Shown piece by piece: positions 1 to 12,602 of a stretch of DNA of 64,000 nt (the stretch's first letter is position 1; every line of letters starts with the position of its first letter). A program made the translations under genes and the position numbers. Source of the stretch: Octopus vulgaris (taxonomy: Eukaryota); NCBI GenBank assembly GCA_951406725.2, contig OX597827.1:22506001-22570000 (forward strand), in the 5' to 3' direction. The notes below the pieces were generated by a model. That model ran no database searches and was not told the DNA's origin. It saw only the letters and a list, made by a program, of their open reading frames with translations.

Positions 1-425
1 TATATATATATATATGTATGTATATATATATATATATATACATACATATATACATTCAATATATATATATGTTGTATATACATGTATATATGAAGAAAGA
101 TTTCTTAAATTTAAAGTTATTGCTTATATTAAACTCTTAAGAAGAATAGAATAACATGAACCTTTGTTTTAAGGAATTTTCCTATTTGAGGACTTTCACT
201 GTTTGCAGCTTTTCGAACACACTTGTTCTGCGCTTACACTCAATCCGAGTTCCTCCTTCCAAAATATACGTCATTCTGTCTGTTTTTTAACATTTAAAAA
301 ACAATATAATTAATATTTTTTCATTTAAGAACATCTCTCTTCAAATATTGTGACTGTTTAAAGAATATTTTGCAAAAACCTTTTAAATATATGAGTTTGT
401 GAGTGTGTGAGTGTGTGTGTGTGTC

Positions 426-483
<58 letters not shown>

Positions 484-892
484 CGTGCGTGCCATAGAGT
501 GTGCTGGAGTGTTTGTATTTATTGCTTCAGTCAGAACAAATTTCAGGTATGGTCAATAAGGTGACCATTACATTGCTATTCGACTTGCAGTTGCAGCTAC
601 CTTGAATCAAACATCAACATCATAAAAAGAGAAAGACACTTAAGGAAGGGCACATTATCCCCGAAAACAAACAGGTTTCACCTGAACGACGGTCATAGGT
701 AGGCTCTTCATCAGGATATGACAGGCGGCAATAAACAACAATTACAAGTTTTCAAATTTTATTTCGCCCTCGATTATCGACTGATCAGACAAAGAGATGC
801 ATTTCGAACCTACATTTCTGAAAATGAGTTGGTATCCATGCACATATGTATGTCCATGTGCATAAATGCACAATGTGCATAGATATAAATAG

Positions 893-1110
893 GTTTGTTT
901 GTCCTCTCTGTGTTTAGCCCCTTGTGGGTAGTAAAGAAATAGTTATTTCGTCTGTCTTTACGGTCTGAGTTCAAATTCCACAGAGGTCGACTTTGCCTTT
1001 CATCCTTTCGGGGTCGACAGATTAAGTACCAATTGCGTACTGGGGTCGATCTGATCGACTGGCCTCCACCCCCTTAAAAATTTTGGGCCTTCTGCCTAGA
1101 GTAGAAAAGG
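893..1110 (+). mobile_element. tRNA-derived SINE family A, partial/tandem copy
   Basis: B-box-like GAGTTCAAATTCC followed by the core GACTTTGCCTTTCATCCTTTCGGGGTCGA...AAGTACCA that recurs more than 10 times in this window. Confidence 0.85.
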
Positions 1111-1661
1111 TTAATTTATATGCACTCTTCGCTCCGTTTCCATATATTTGATTTCACTCATAAAGCTTTGTTTAAAGCTACAATATTGAATGTGTCACGC
1201 TGTAGGACCGAACCCGTATATATCAGAAAATCACCACAATCAAATCCCTTCGCAACAAACTACAAGCCATAGAGCGTGCATCAGCCAGTCAGTGAAATAA
1301 TCGTGTTTGAATTAAGCATGAAAAGTTCCTCATTGAAATTGCTTCACAGGAGACAAAACTACGCTTTCCCGTCGTTTGAAGGAAGCGATATTTATAGCGC
1401 AGAAAACCAAAATAAATCTAGATACGTAAATGTTAGCTGATAACGCTACCATTCTATATGGAATTACACAAAAGAACTGCGAAATTAAATATAGAAGACT
1501 AACCTAATTTCAACACACGCAGTTCATGTAGAATAAACTATGAAAATATCAAGAAATTCACCGCTAAACATTTGTTATTATTAGCTAAGCGGGAAAACTG
1601 AATTAGTAATTAAATATCTTCATGAAAACATGTTATATTTCAATAATAATAATAATAATAA

Positions 1662-2143
1662 TTTGGTTTGTCTTGGTATAAAAGACGGGCTATAGCAAAT
1701 ATTCTGCTCAATACTACAGATTTGCTTGTCAGTTGTTTAACCTTAACCAGTTGAGCATGTCCCTTAGTGGCTGACAATATGTGCATCTCTGATCACAATT
1801 AGAAGTAGTGAGGGACCATCATAGCCATGTGTTGAGAGGGATTCTTTGGGGTTTAAATAATTCATCTCTAGAAACATGGGGGTTTCATTCAACATCCTTA
1901 AACAACTCTTATTCCGGGACCTTTTGAACGGGATGGGTTACTTGACCAGAAGAAAATTCTAACTGGGCCCCCACCTGCAAAGTCATGCGCTGTTTATCTT
2001 GATATGAGATCACCATATCGCGCACATATGGTTGTGATGCATGTGCCTGGTGTACCCGTATCAGATGGGTAGTCATGATGGGTATACTGGACTTCGTATA
2101 TTTTACCCGTGTCACTTTGATGGCATACACTGCTCTCTTACTC

Positions 2144-2187
<44 letters not shown>
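1662..2187 (+). mobile_element. Probable 3' end/UTR of a non-LTR retroelement ending in an (AAT)n tail
   Basis: About 480 bp of complex sequence bounded by (AAT)n on both sides (1642-1661 and 2144-2187); no credible ORF; single copy in the window, so the call is inferential. Confidence 0.45.
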
Positions 2188-2189
<2 letters not shown>

Positions 2190-2940
2190 TCGATTGATTT
2201 ATTTGATATAGATGGTCGCCTTACCGGAAGTTAATCCACTGACAACTTGGATGAGCCAACCGGAAGCCTGCAACAAGTTCTACTCATTTCTGCTCATCTG
2301 CTCACGCTACAGTCCACCCTCATCAGAAAATTATTCCAAGCGCTAAATTCGAAGTAGCTAAACATAAAGTGACCTGAGCTAATAAACGCAATAAAATTGC
2401 TTTGCACCCGGTATTGAATACTCTAGATTTTATCTGCAAAGTAATGTTATAAATATCTATACATACACATTTCTTTGTCTCAATCTGCCTCTTTATTTCT
2501 CTCTCTCTCTCTTTCTCTTTTACTATCTCTCTCCACACACGCACGGACACACATACACATACACAATATACATATATGCAAATGTATATGTATTATATAC
2601 AGAGACCAAGGCTTCTTTCAAACGTGTTATGTTAAAGACTATCTCCCAGCTGCCTCTATTTATTAATGATTTTCCCCTATTTCCATTATCAGTCCTTTAA
2701 TGTTTAGTTCGGGGCGATAACCTCCATTAACATTCTAAAGAAGATATGGATGAAAGTAGGATGAAAGCAGCCGTATTTTGTTTGTAGGCTGCAAAGGATC
2801 ACAGGATTTTGCATCTAAATAACTTGTCGTGCTTGCATTAAAATTGATTGACTCTTTACTCCTCGTTACTTTCCTAATTTATTCTACATTTACTGCAAAT
2901 AGGAATGTTGATGTTGAGATTTGCTTCGTATTTTAATATT

Positions 2941-3156
2941 GATTTCAAATTTTAGCACAAGGCCAGCAATTTCAGGAGGTGGCGGGGTAAGTCGATTACC
3001 TCGACTTCCAGTGTTTAACTGGCTCTTATTTTGTCGGCCCCGAGAGGATGAAAAGCAAAATCGACTTCGGTGGCAATTGAACTTAGAACGTAAAGACGGA
3101 AGAAATACTGTTAAGCATTTCATCCGGCGTGCAAACGATTCGGCCGACTCGTCGCC
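2941..3156 (-). mobile_element. SINE family A, diverged copy
   Basis: Reverse complement of the family A head (GGCGACGAGTCGGCCGAATCGTT...), core and 3' end (GGCCTTGTGCTAAAATTTGAAATC). Confidence 0.85.
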
Positions 3157-3187
3157 ATTTTCTATTTTAGTATTAAGTAAGCTTAAA

Positions 3188-3606
3188 GGCGCCGAACTGG
3201 CAGAAACGTTAGCACGCCGGATGAAATGCTTAGCGGTATTTCGTCTGCTGCTACGTTCTGAGTTCAAATTCCGCCGACGTCGACTTTGCCTTTCATCCTT
3301 TCGGGGTCGATAAATTAAGTACCAGTTACGCACTGGGGTCAATGTAGTCGACTTAATCCCTTTGTCTGTCCTTGTTTGTCCTCTCTGTGTCTAGCCCCCT
3401 GTGGGCAATAAATAAAGAAATAAGAACCATTACCGGTACGGACAAAATGCTTAGCAGCATTTTCTCCGACTCTACGTTCTGAGTTCAAATGCCGCCGAGA
3501 TTCACTTTGCCTTTCGTCCTTTCGGCCATAAGTACCAGTTGGACACAGGGGGTCGATTTAATTGACTTCCCCGAAATTGCTGGCCTTGTGCCAAAATTTG
3601 AAATCA
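3188..3606 (+). mobile_element. SINE family A, tandem (dimer-like) copies
   Basis: GGCGCCGAACTGGCAGAAACGTTAGCACGCCGG head, B-box, core, then a second partial unit ending GGCCTTGTGCCAAAATTTGAAATC. Confidence 0.9.
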
Positions 3607-3779
3607 ATGTTAGCGAAGTTTCAATATTTCGTTTTCGTTCCTTCCGCCGTTGAATTCTCCATTCAGCCTGACAATGTTATTAACCTTTCTCTCGAAAGTG
3701 TTATCTCGCCATTATAATGTGTTGTAATGGATCTGTTTCGTAAAAGTCTGGTCAACGGACGAGAAAGAGTCGAGCTTCG

Positions 3780-4780
3780 GTGTTGGTGGCGGCGGCGAGA
3801 ATGTGACTGCAGGTGTAGTGCTTATGATGATGATGATGATGATAGTGGTGGTGGGGATGGCTTGGCGGCGGCGGCGGCAGTAGCAGCAGCACCAGCAGTA
3901 GCCGTAGTAATGATAAAAGATGGTGGCGGAAAAGTGCAGCGATGACAGTAATGAACCAGTGAAGTTGGTAGCGGTGTTTGTGGTATTTGTGACGGGGATG
4001 GTGGTGGTGGTGGTGGTGGTGGTGGTAGTAGTGACGGCGGCGGCGGCGGCGGTGGTGGTTGGCGCTGTTGGTGCCACTGCTGGTGGCAGCCCACTGTTGT
4101 TGAAGTGATGAAGATGGCGAGGTTACAGTTGCGGCGGCGGCGGACGGAAATGAAGAAGGCAGCAATAGAAATGCAAGTAAATGCTGCCATACTGGTGGTG
4201 GTGGTGGTGGTGGTGGTGGTGGTGGTGGGGAGAGGATGATGATTCTAAGGGTGTTGATGTTGGTGTTTAACGATATCAGTATTGGTGGTGGTGGTAGTGG
4301 TGAAGTGAAATGATGATGATGATGTCGGTAGGAGCAACGATGATAGAGGCGGTCGGAAGTGAAGAAAGCAGCAATAAAAATGCAAATGCCGCCATGTTGA
4401 GTGGTGAAGTTGTCAAAGTTGTCAGGGAGAGAGGGAAATATAACAAGGCCAAAGTGAGAGAGAGAGGGAGGGAGAGAGAGAGAGGGAGAGGGGGACGGGA
4501 GTGAGAGAGGGGGGTGGATGCACCAATGGGATTGCGGTATGTCACTTTCGAGTAGTATTAACACTACCACCACCACCACCATTACAACCACAACCACCAG
4601 AGTCATCGCCATAACCGCCACAGACAACAACAACATCGCCAGCAACAAGAATAACAATAACAAGGCAAACAACATCAACATTGGCAACATCACAACCACC
4701 ACCACCACCACCACCACCACCTCCTCCCATCACCACCACCACCACCTCCTCCCACCACCACCATCACCAACCACCGTTAC
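3780..4780. repeat. Degenerate trinucleotide low-complexity block, (GGT/GGC/GAT)n switching to (ACC/AAC)n
   Basis: Direct reading; produces spurious poly-P/H/T/V ORFs in several frames. Confidence 0.9.
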
Positions 4781-5179
4781 CTCCTTATATCTGGCCATCC
4801 ACATAATCCATGCCACGTGAGTTTGTAACGATTTACAACTCCACTTGGACAACACCGGCCATCCATATGGTAAACGCTCACTTGTATGGCATAGAGGGCG
4901 CTCTCACACACTCTCGGTTTGTCTGTCTATTTGTCTACCTGCTTGCCTGCCTGTCTGCCAGCCTCTCTCTCTCTCTCTTTCTCTCTGCTTCCGTTTCCAT
5001 ACATGCATGTATTTGTGCATATGTCTATGTGTGTGTATAATGTACGTGTTTATAGATGAATAAATACGTACGCATATAAGTATATATAAAAATATACATA
5101 TACATATATGTACATGTATAAACATATGTGTATGTAGACACACGCACACACATATATATATACACACACATACATACAT

Positions 5180-5575
5180 GCAGGCGTGGTTGTGTGGTAA
5201 GGCGCTTGCTACCCAACCACATGGTTCCAGGTTCAGTCCTACTGAGTAGCACCTTAGGCAAGTGTCTTCTACTATAGCATCGGGCCAACCAAAGCTTTGT
5301 GAGTGGATTTGGTAAATGGAAATTGAAAGAAGCCCGTCGTATATATACACACATATGTGTGTGTGTATTTGTGTGTATGTTTGTCCCTCCAACATCGCTT
5401 GACAATCAGTGTTTGTGTTTACGTCTCCGTAATTTAGCGGTTCGGCAAAAGAGACCGATAGAATAAGTGCTAGTCTTACAAACAATAAGTCGTGGGGGCA
5501 GTTTGTTCGACTAAAGACGGTGCTCCAGCATGGACGCAGTCAAATAACTGTAACAAGTAAAAGAATAAAAGAATA
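5180..5575 (+). mobile_element. Composite SINE family B (tRNA head, internal microsatellite, LINE-like tail)
   Basis: Head TGTGTGGTAAG...GGTTCAGTCC, CACCTTAGGCAAGTGTCTTCT body, internal (TA/TG)n, tail GGTGCTCCAGCATGG-CGCAGTCAAAT-ACTG-AACAAGTAAAAG; colinear with 54484-54949. Confidence 0.9.
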
Positions 5576-5585
5576 CACACACACA

Positions 5586-6358
5586 CAGGGGGCGATGGGT
5601 AAATTGTCACCATTTTATCTCTTTAATTTCACGCATGTGCATTGATTTTGTCAACTACACAGTATAGTAGAATCAGTTGGGCACCGCCTATGACAAAAAC
5701 AACACCATGATGCAATTCACTTCGCCAGAAATTTGGGAACGATTTGCTGTACTGCTTGGCATTCCCACCGGAAGCTCGAATATGAATATTTCAGAGTGTT
5801 TGGGTGCCAATCTGAGGACATGTACCGAGAGTGATAAAAATCAAACATCTAGTCAACATCATGGTGTTTGGAGTGATCACTAGTGATGGCGACGTTATGC
5901 TTCATTCATCTTCCCACACGGTCTCGGACTCAACATGGAGGCCTACATCAAGTGCCTGGGTCAAGAGGGTGGCTGCTGGAACACCCTATGTCTGGCAACA
6001 GGACTCTGCACCATGCCACACAAGCAGGAGAACCCAATCTTGACTGTCAGACAATTTCTACCATCACATAATCCCTAACATCTGGCCACCTAACTCTCCT
6101 TGATTACTGTATGAACTGAAGGCAGTGATTATGGCAGCATTCACCAACTTAAATAAGGAGACCATCCAGAAGAGTTGCAGGAGATTCTGAAGTCGTCTGG
6201 AGGCCGTGCTTGAAGTCAATGGCGATTTCATTAAATAAATTTATTCGTTAGTATTTCAATATTTTAGGTAATTTTGGTAAATATATCTTTTAAAATGAGA
6301 TGTCGGGGTTATTTTCATTTTTGTGTAACTTAGACGACAGTTTATTCACTGCACCATG
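5586..6358 (+). mobile_element. Internally deleted Tc1/mariner-superfamily element (maT/DD37D-like), transposase pseudogene
   Basis: Translated fragments IMVFGVITSDG, YVWQQDSAPCHTSRRTQ and IWPPNS; degenerate terminal inverted repeats. Confidence 0.8.
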
Positions 6359-6493
6359 TATATACGCAGACACATATTGGTAAAACCAGGTGGAAAAATA
6401 GTACGTGAATACCAAAAGACGAGTACTATACTAAAATATTTACAAACTGTCAAATATCTTCCATATATGCAGACAGATAGACACACAGACAAG

Positions 6494-6538
<45 letters not shown>

Positions 6539-6648
6539 ATCACGTGACTGACCAGACCATCAGATGTTGTTACACATCGCTGGTCACAATGCGTTCGCAT
6601 TGTTTTAGCCTTTGAATGACGCCACCCCGCTGGCTAAGCGAGCAGGCC

Positions 6649-6687
<39 letters not shown>

Positions 6688-6700
6688 GACACATTTACAG

Positions 6701-6762
<62 letters not shown>

Positions 6763-7163
6763 GAATGGATAGGTACATGTAGAGTGCTACTAATATAGTA
6801 AAATATTGCATCCTTGGGTGTACCATGGTCTTCCAAGAATTGGTGGGTATTATAAATATACGCACACACAGAAGAATGGAGAATTGCACATCTTTAATTG
6901 ATAATTTATAATATATACGAATTACCAACGTATATTTCTGATATGCTAGTGCTGTGCAATACATTAATGCGTTGATTTAGCATTTTAATCGATCCGTATT
7001 AAACCGATTGTAGTATTATACAGATCTATAGAATAAACACTAGCGTGTCTTTCTCAAGGTACGACCACACTGTGAAAGATCGCAGAAGAGAGATCTGCTA
7101 GGATGTGGTGGTGGTTACAGTACAAACACAATTCCTAGCATAACACTTAATACTGAGTATAGA

Positions 7164-7580
7164 TTGAAAATGAATTTTCCCAACAATAGATATTATGTTA
7201 GCGATGCAAATCATCTTTGTAATTGTAAAACCAGACCACAATGCCCGCTAGATAATCAGTGCTTGAGAATTAAAAAAACAATCCATAAATGTGCGGTAAG
7301 AGCTGATGGACATACAGTCAGTTACATAGGTTCTTGTGTTATGGACTTCAGAAAAGATATGCAATCACTTCTCTTCTTTCAAGCTTAGGAAAAAGGAAAA
7401 ATTCACTTATTTACGTAAATATATTTGTAACTTAAAATAGAGAAATACCAAATATGATATAAAATCATCAATTTATAAGTAGTGATTTACCGTGTATTAG
7501 TAGAAAGTCTCGATGTGACTTTTGCCTTGAAGATATATTCCACATCTTTACTTCCAAGTCTCATCCAAAAATAAAATTAT
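7164..7580 (+). pseudogene. Penelope-like element GIY-YIG endonuclease remnant
   Basis: CNCKTRPQCPLDNQCL...IHKCAV...SYIGS and downstream SRCDFCLED fit the Cys-rich linker, GIY-YIG and C-terminal CxxC layout of PLE ORFs. Confidence 0.75.
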
Positions 7581-7631
7581 GTTAAAAAGCATAAAAAAAT
7601 ATCAACTAGATTATGGCCGAGAGACGACAGT

Positions 7632-7930
7632 TTATTCAAAATAGCTGCTCTCAGCCTCCACCATGGCCTCAAAACTTCTCCGGAACTTGGTGCATGCATT
7701 CCTCACTGTGTCCCTGGGAAATTTTTCAAACACTTCCTTGATTTTGGCCAGTAGCTTGGTCTTGGTGTTGCAGGCAGAGCAATTAGTGTCCTTCTCAACC
7801 ATGCCACACACCTAGTAATCCAAGCGATTACCTTTGAGAGAATTAGGAGGCCAGATATTGGGGCTGGTAAACTCATAGAAATTCTCCAACTGTCACTTTT
7901 GACACTTTTTGGAACTATGGCAAGGAACCA
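7632..7930 (-). pseudogene. maT/DD37D-like transposase C-terminal fragment
   Basis: Minus-strand translation ...FTSPNIWPPNSLKGNRLDY*VCGMVEKDTN...VRNACTKFRRSFEAMVEAESSYFE*. Confidence 0.75.
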
Positions 7931-7931
7931 A

Positions 7932-8240
7932 ATATAGCAAAATTAGAAGCTGAAAATGCACTGAGAATAGTTAAAATATGTTTTATTAATATATTTAAAG
8001 TTTTAACCGGTTTCATAGCTTACACTAATTTTCAAAAAATTCAAATAGAAAGACGTGGTTTATGTCACAGCTGTCTTACTTCTGACAAGTGTTTGAAGCT
8101 TCAAACACTTGTCAGAAGACTTTCTATTTGAACCTTTTGAAAATCAGTGTAGACTGTGAAACCGGTTAGAGCTTTAAATATATCAATAAAAAATATTTTA
8201 ACTATTCTCAGTGGATTTTCAGCTTCTATTTTTCCTATAT
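7932..8240. repeat. Fold-back palindromic cassette with a perfect 40-bp central palindrome
   Basis: Arms of about 120 bp are imperfect reverse complements; centre 8079-8118 CTTCTGACAAGTGTTTGAAG/CTTCAAACACTTGTCAGAAG has no loop. Confidence 0.92.
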
Positions 8241-9719
8241 ATATATATATAATGTAGGTATATGTGTATGTATGCACATACCCATGGGTGCATAGGTGGA
8301 GTGACTGTATTGCAGGTGTGCTGAAGAAAGGTAGAAAGAGTATAGGAAACATTGAAGGTGACGGGTGGAGGAGAGGTTTGAAAGTTGTGTTGCCCAAGGG
8401 CCAAACTTTGGCCCCTTTGGCCGCATAAAAACAAAAGGAAACAAAATGTAACGTTTCTTCGTTAAATTTATTCCTCCACCCCACATTTCCTATGATACAA
8501 TGCATAAAAGAAACTGTCTATCAATGTCCTGTAGCCATCAGGTGTGAACGAATGACCGTTGTATTTTTGTGTAGTTCTAATTCGATCGAGCTATGAATAA
8601 TACTGTTCCGACATGGACACTGCATCCAGAACCACATCCAGAGTTGTAGCCAGAGCTACATCATCCTAGTGTCGTTTTCTTTTGTTTGAAGAAGACAGGA
8701 TATTATCGGAGAGAAAGAGATTTTATTGCAGTATTTAGCAGAGCTGTGGAATGCATTGGTTTTCCTTCCCGGATTTTAACTGGATTTTAGTGGCTCAGTT
8801 TAACACCACAAACTGTTGTGTGGATGTCTTTGTAGGAATCCACTCTTGCATGCATTCAGAATATCGTTCTAGTTTGAGGATAGCGCCCTCCCTTCCATCC
8901 TTCCCCAGTCACCGAAACCTTGAGAATAATCATGGGAACTGTCCTTGATTTTTAATTAAAACTATAGAAAAATAAGAGCGGGACTATCAGGTTGTCAGTA
9001 AAAAAAAGTTATTGGCCAACTAAAACCTCTATCATATTAGCGCCATTTGGTCCTTCTCTAGTATTTTAATGCAAGTACATCAGTTCCTATCTCTTCTGAA
9101 TTAACCATCTTCCTCTCATCTAAGTTCTAGCGATGCATCTCCCTTTCTCCTTCACTTTCCTAATTCTCTACAACACACTATTCTCTCTTTGCCATCCCAA
9201 ATTTCACTTCCCTGAAATTTTGTATGTAACTATATATATATATATATATTACATTATCTTCCAGGATTGCAAACTGAAGAACAATTGCGTCTGGATTATA
9301 TATCTAAAAGAACGTGGAAGGATTGTAAAAGCTGGGTTTTTTAACGGAATAAATCATTTGAAAACTACATGCATTTACACGTAACAATTTATTTCCAGTG
9401 AAATTTCCGAAGAATTGACCTAAAATATATTTCTCAATGAAACAATCAACCATTTTAGTTTTAAAATCCCAAACACGGTACCCTCATACAGCCTACACTA
9501 CTTATAGCTAAGATGGCTTCTTTATGTTATGAATTGCAACATTTCCTGTCATTGGCTGTACTCCAGCCGAATACAAGTTTTGTCCGTTACACAGGTCGCC
9601 AACAGCTTAAAATTTGAACGAAAAGTGAGTGTCTTTACCTTTACAGGCAGACCGCTGCTATAACATCCGGTTATGTTAAATTATCCGGGTGGTGGGGCTG
9701 TTGTACTTCAGATCCTATT

Positions 9720-10030
9720 TACACTGAAGATCACCACTTTCCTTGCTGCGAGGAACAAAAGGCAAAAGGCTGTCATTTATGAAGGTGTGGGTGAAAAGAG
9801 AAATCATGACTTCCAGTAAACATAATGGAAAGTCGAGGAAAATGGAAATCTTAGTAAGGTTGGGTGACATAACTATTGATATTTGTTGGAGACCGATGGC
9901 AGTGCTGAGAGCAATCGAAGTTTTGAACGGTGACTTCGTTTGCCTACGTGTCAATCCAGCAATGAATATATTGATAGTTAGGGCAGGGAATAGGCAAGAC
10001 AGAAAGGGCATCGGGAAAATGCATTTTTGG
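9720..10030 (-). pseudogene. Heavily decayed CR1-group LINE RT fragment
   Basis: Weak resemblance of the minus-strand translation to the region around the RT catalytic motif; no intact motif. Confidence 0.35.
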
Positions 10031-10766
10031 CACTCGTTCCTCTTCTTTGTGTTCCAAGCTCAAATCTCGTTGAGGTCGACTTTGCTTTTCATTTTTTCGG
10101 TGACGATAAAATAAATACCATTTGAGATCTGAGGTCGATGTAATCGTCTAACCACATCCATTCTCCATATTGCTGGCCTTATTCCAAAATTTGAAAACAT
10201 CATTTATTATTATCATTACGAGCAAAACGCCCCCCCCCCCCGTCCAATGGACGGTGCTGAGTTGTCAAACATTTAAACCAAATTTTCTCAAAACAACTTC
10301 TTCGATCGTCCCATAGGCCTCCCCTTTGCGAAACACTGATTTAACCTAAATTTGAGACACCAGCAAAAGAAGAAATAAAGATAGACTTTTTTTCTATTCC
10401 AAAGAAAAACGATTTTATTCACACAGATATGCAACCAAAGAGTTTAAAGTACCAGTAGTAATAAGGCTGTTGAACACAAACATGGTTTAAACAGTAAGCT
10501 TGGCAGGAAAGAAACGTGCTTTTAAGCAGTACAAAAACAGCAGAAAATGGAAGGTGCAGTTATGTACAGGTTGACGGAAGAAAAGCAAGACAAAAACAGC
10601 TTTATCGATCGCATTCTCACCTGGATTCGATTTTTGTAATTTTTTCAAGACTTATACACGCCCTGATACCGTCGGTATTTACATATCAAATTAGAGCGCA
10701 GTCGGACGGAGGATGCTCGAGATCCGAGAAGACACACAGACAGACAGAATGGATTTTATATAAGAG

Positions 10767-10813
<47 letters not shown>

Positions 10814-12099
10814 TTGCTTAAAAGCCTCCCATTGGGCGGCTTTTAAGCTAATACATAGCTTTTAAGCAACTGACCCCGAATGAGAAGATCTGCAAACAGC
10901 TCTCTGACTTGTTTTGGAGAATCTGTTGCAATTGCTTCCTCCAGAATCATGTCCCAATGAGGATTATATTCGTCGCAAAAAAGCATGTTAATAAAAAGGG
11001 AATCATTTTGAAGACTTAAATTCTTTGAAATACGTTTGTCGCCTTTTGTACGTTAAGCGTTGTTATCTATTGTTTTTATCTTGGCATCAAGAACTGGACA
11101 AGCAGTAGAACGAGTGAAATACACTCGAAGGAGGAAGAGCGCCAAGTAGTGATGAGTATAAATGCAATGTCATTACCAGTTCAGATATACTTGTGGCATG
11201 TTCGAATCCTACGAGAAACAAGTTGTTCATTGTGTTTTGTCATGAAGAAAATTTCTCGCTGTAGACAAATAGTGTAAATACACCTAGATCAGTTCGCAGC
11301 GCCACCTATCTAGACTGTGAGACGCAAGCATTTCGGAGTAGTTATCTCCTCTTCGGTCACAGACCCTAGGTAGCGGGGACGCTGCTAACAGATAAAAAGA
11401 GATTGTTTTTCTTATGCCATTTCAGTTACATTGCAGTGACTGATCAGCGCTATAAGGTGGCTCCCCATAAAGCAAATACAATTCTCCAACATTAAAGTTG
11501 ATGAAAATATCTTGTAAGAATTACGTATATAAGAAAGCGCTTTCTTTGAAGACAGAATGCCTCTCTTTAACACTAGGTGACTACTTTAGCAACACTTTAA
11601 CCAATTTTAACATACTTTTTTACGTGCTAAACAGCAGGGTTTGACCCCAGTGAACAAAGTATAGTCGCTGCCCTATTGAGTTGTGGGTGTAAGAATTTAT
11701 ATCAGTAATATATAGAAACCCTTTGACAATAATATAAACTTTCTAACAACAGAGTTCAGTTGAGGTAGTTGAGCTGTTAATTTACCCTCTTTCTCTCTCC
11801 CTCTCTTTGTCCCTCCATCACAACTCTGTCATCTCCACTCACCTCCCTATTGCATTCCTTAAACTTCTCCGACTCCAGTGACCCCCTTGAACGGCTACGA
11901 CTTTGGACTCTCAGAATTCATTTACACTAGGGGCAGGTGAATTAGGTATGCGCGGAGAGTTGAACAGGATTACCACTTTATTGGGCTTTTTGAATACTTG
12001 AAATGAATATTTTCTAATTTTTTTAGTAAGGAAATTTTTGTAACAATGTGAAACAATATAAACGCGCACGCACGGGTGTGTGCGTGTGTATATATGAAT

Positions 12100-12194
<95 letters not shown>

Positions 12195-12426
12195 TAAGGG
12201 TATGCTTGTACGCCTACATACATACACATGCACACTTATATTTACATATATGTATATATCCATACATTTCTATCTATCTCTTTATCTCTCTCTCTCTCTC
12301 TAGCTATCTATCTATCTTTCTGGATAGATAGACAAAGAGACAGACATAAAAAGCTATAATTATGTATATGTTGGAACACTGAACTCAACGCGCTTTTTTC
12401 ATTCTCTATTTCTTTTCCTCTTATTC

Positions 12427-12462
12427 CTTTCTGTTGAAGAACGTAGGCTCGAAACGTAAAAG
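12427..12462 (+). ncRNA. Minimal type I hammerhead-ribozyme-like motif (variant core)
   Basis: CUUU-CUGUUGA-A-GAAC-GUAG-GCUC-GAAAC-GUA-AAAG: stem I CUUU/AAAG, short stem II, GAAAC, palindromic ACGU in place of stem III, GUA triplet. Confidence 0.5.
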
Positions 12463-12547
12463 CCTTTTCCATTTTTCCCGAGCCTCTAACTAATATACTT
12501 GCTTGTTGTTCCGACACCTATGTTCGTTTTTGTTTTTCTATAAATGT

Positions 12548-12602
<55 letters not shown>

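Noticed and set aside
672-714. Minus-strand CTGATGA...GAAAC hammerhead candidate
   Set aside because: Canonical core words are present, but neither stem I nor the base of stem II pairs convincingly
2890-3342. Recurrent RNWYLIYRPRKDERQS peptide in several ORFs
   Set aside because: Antisense translation of SINE family A, not a protein family
3712-4820. Poly-Pro/His/Thr ORFs
   Set aside because: Open in many frames on both strands; low-complexity artefact with no domain or splice support
10816-10848. GCTTAAAAGCC/GGCTTTTAAGC hairpin as a terminator
   Set aside because: Eukaryotic context; a single short hairpin beside (TTA)n with no further support
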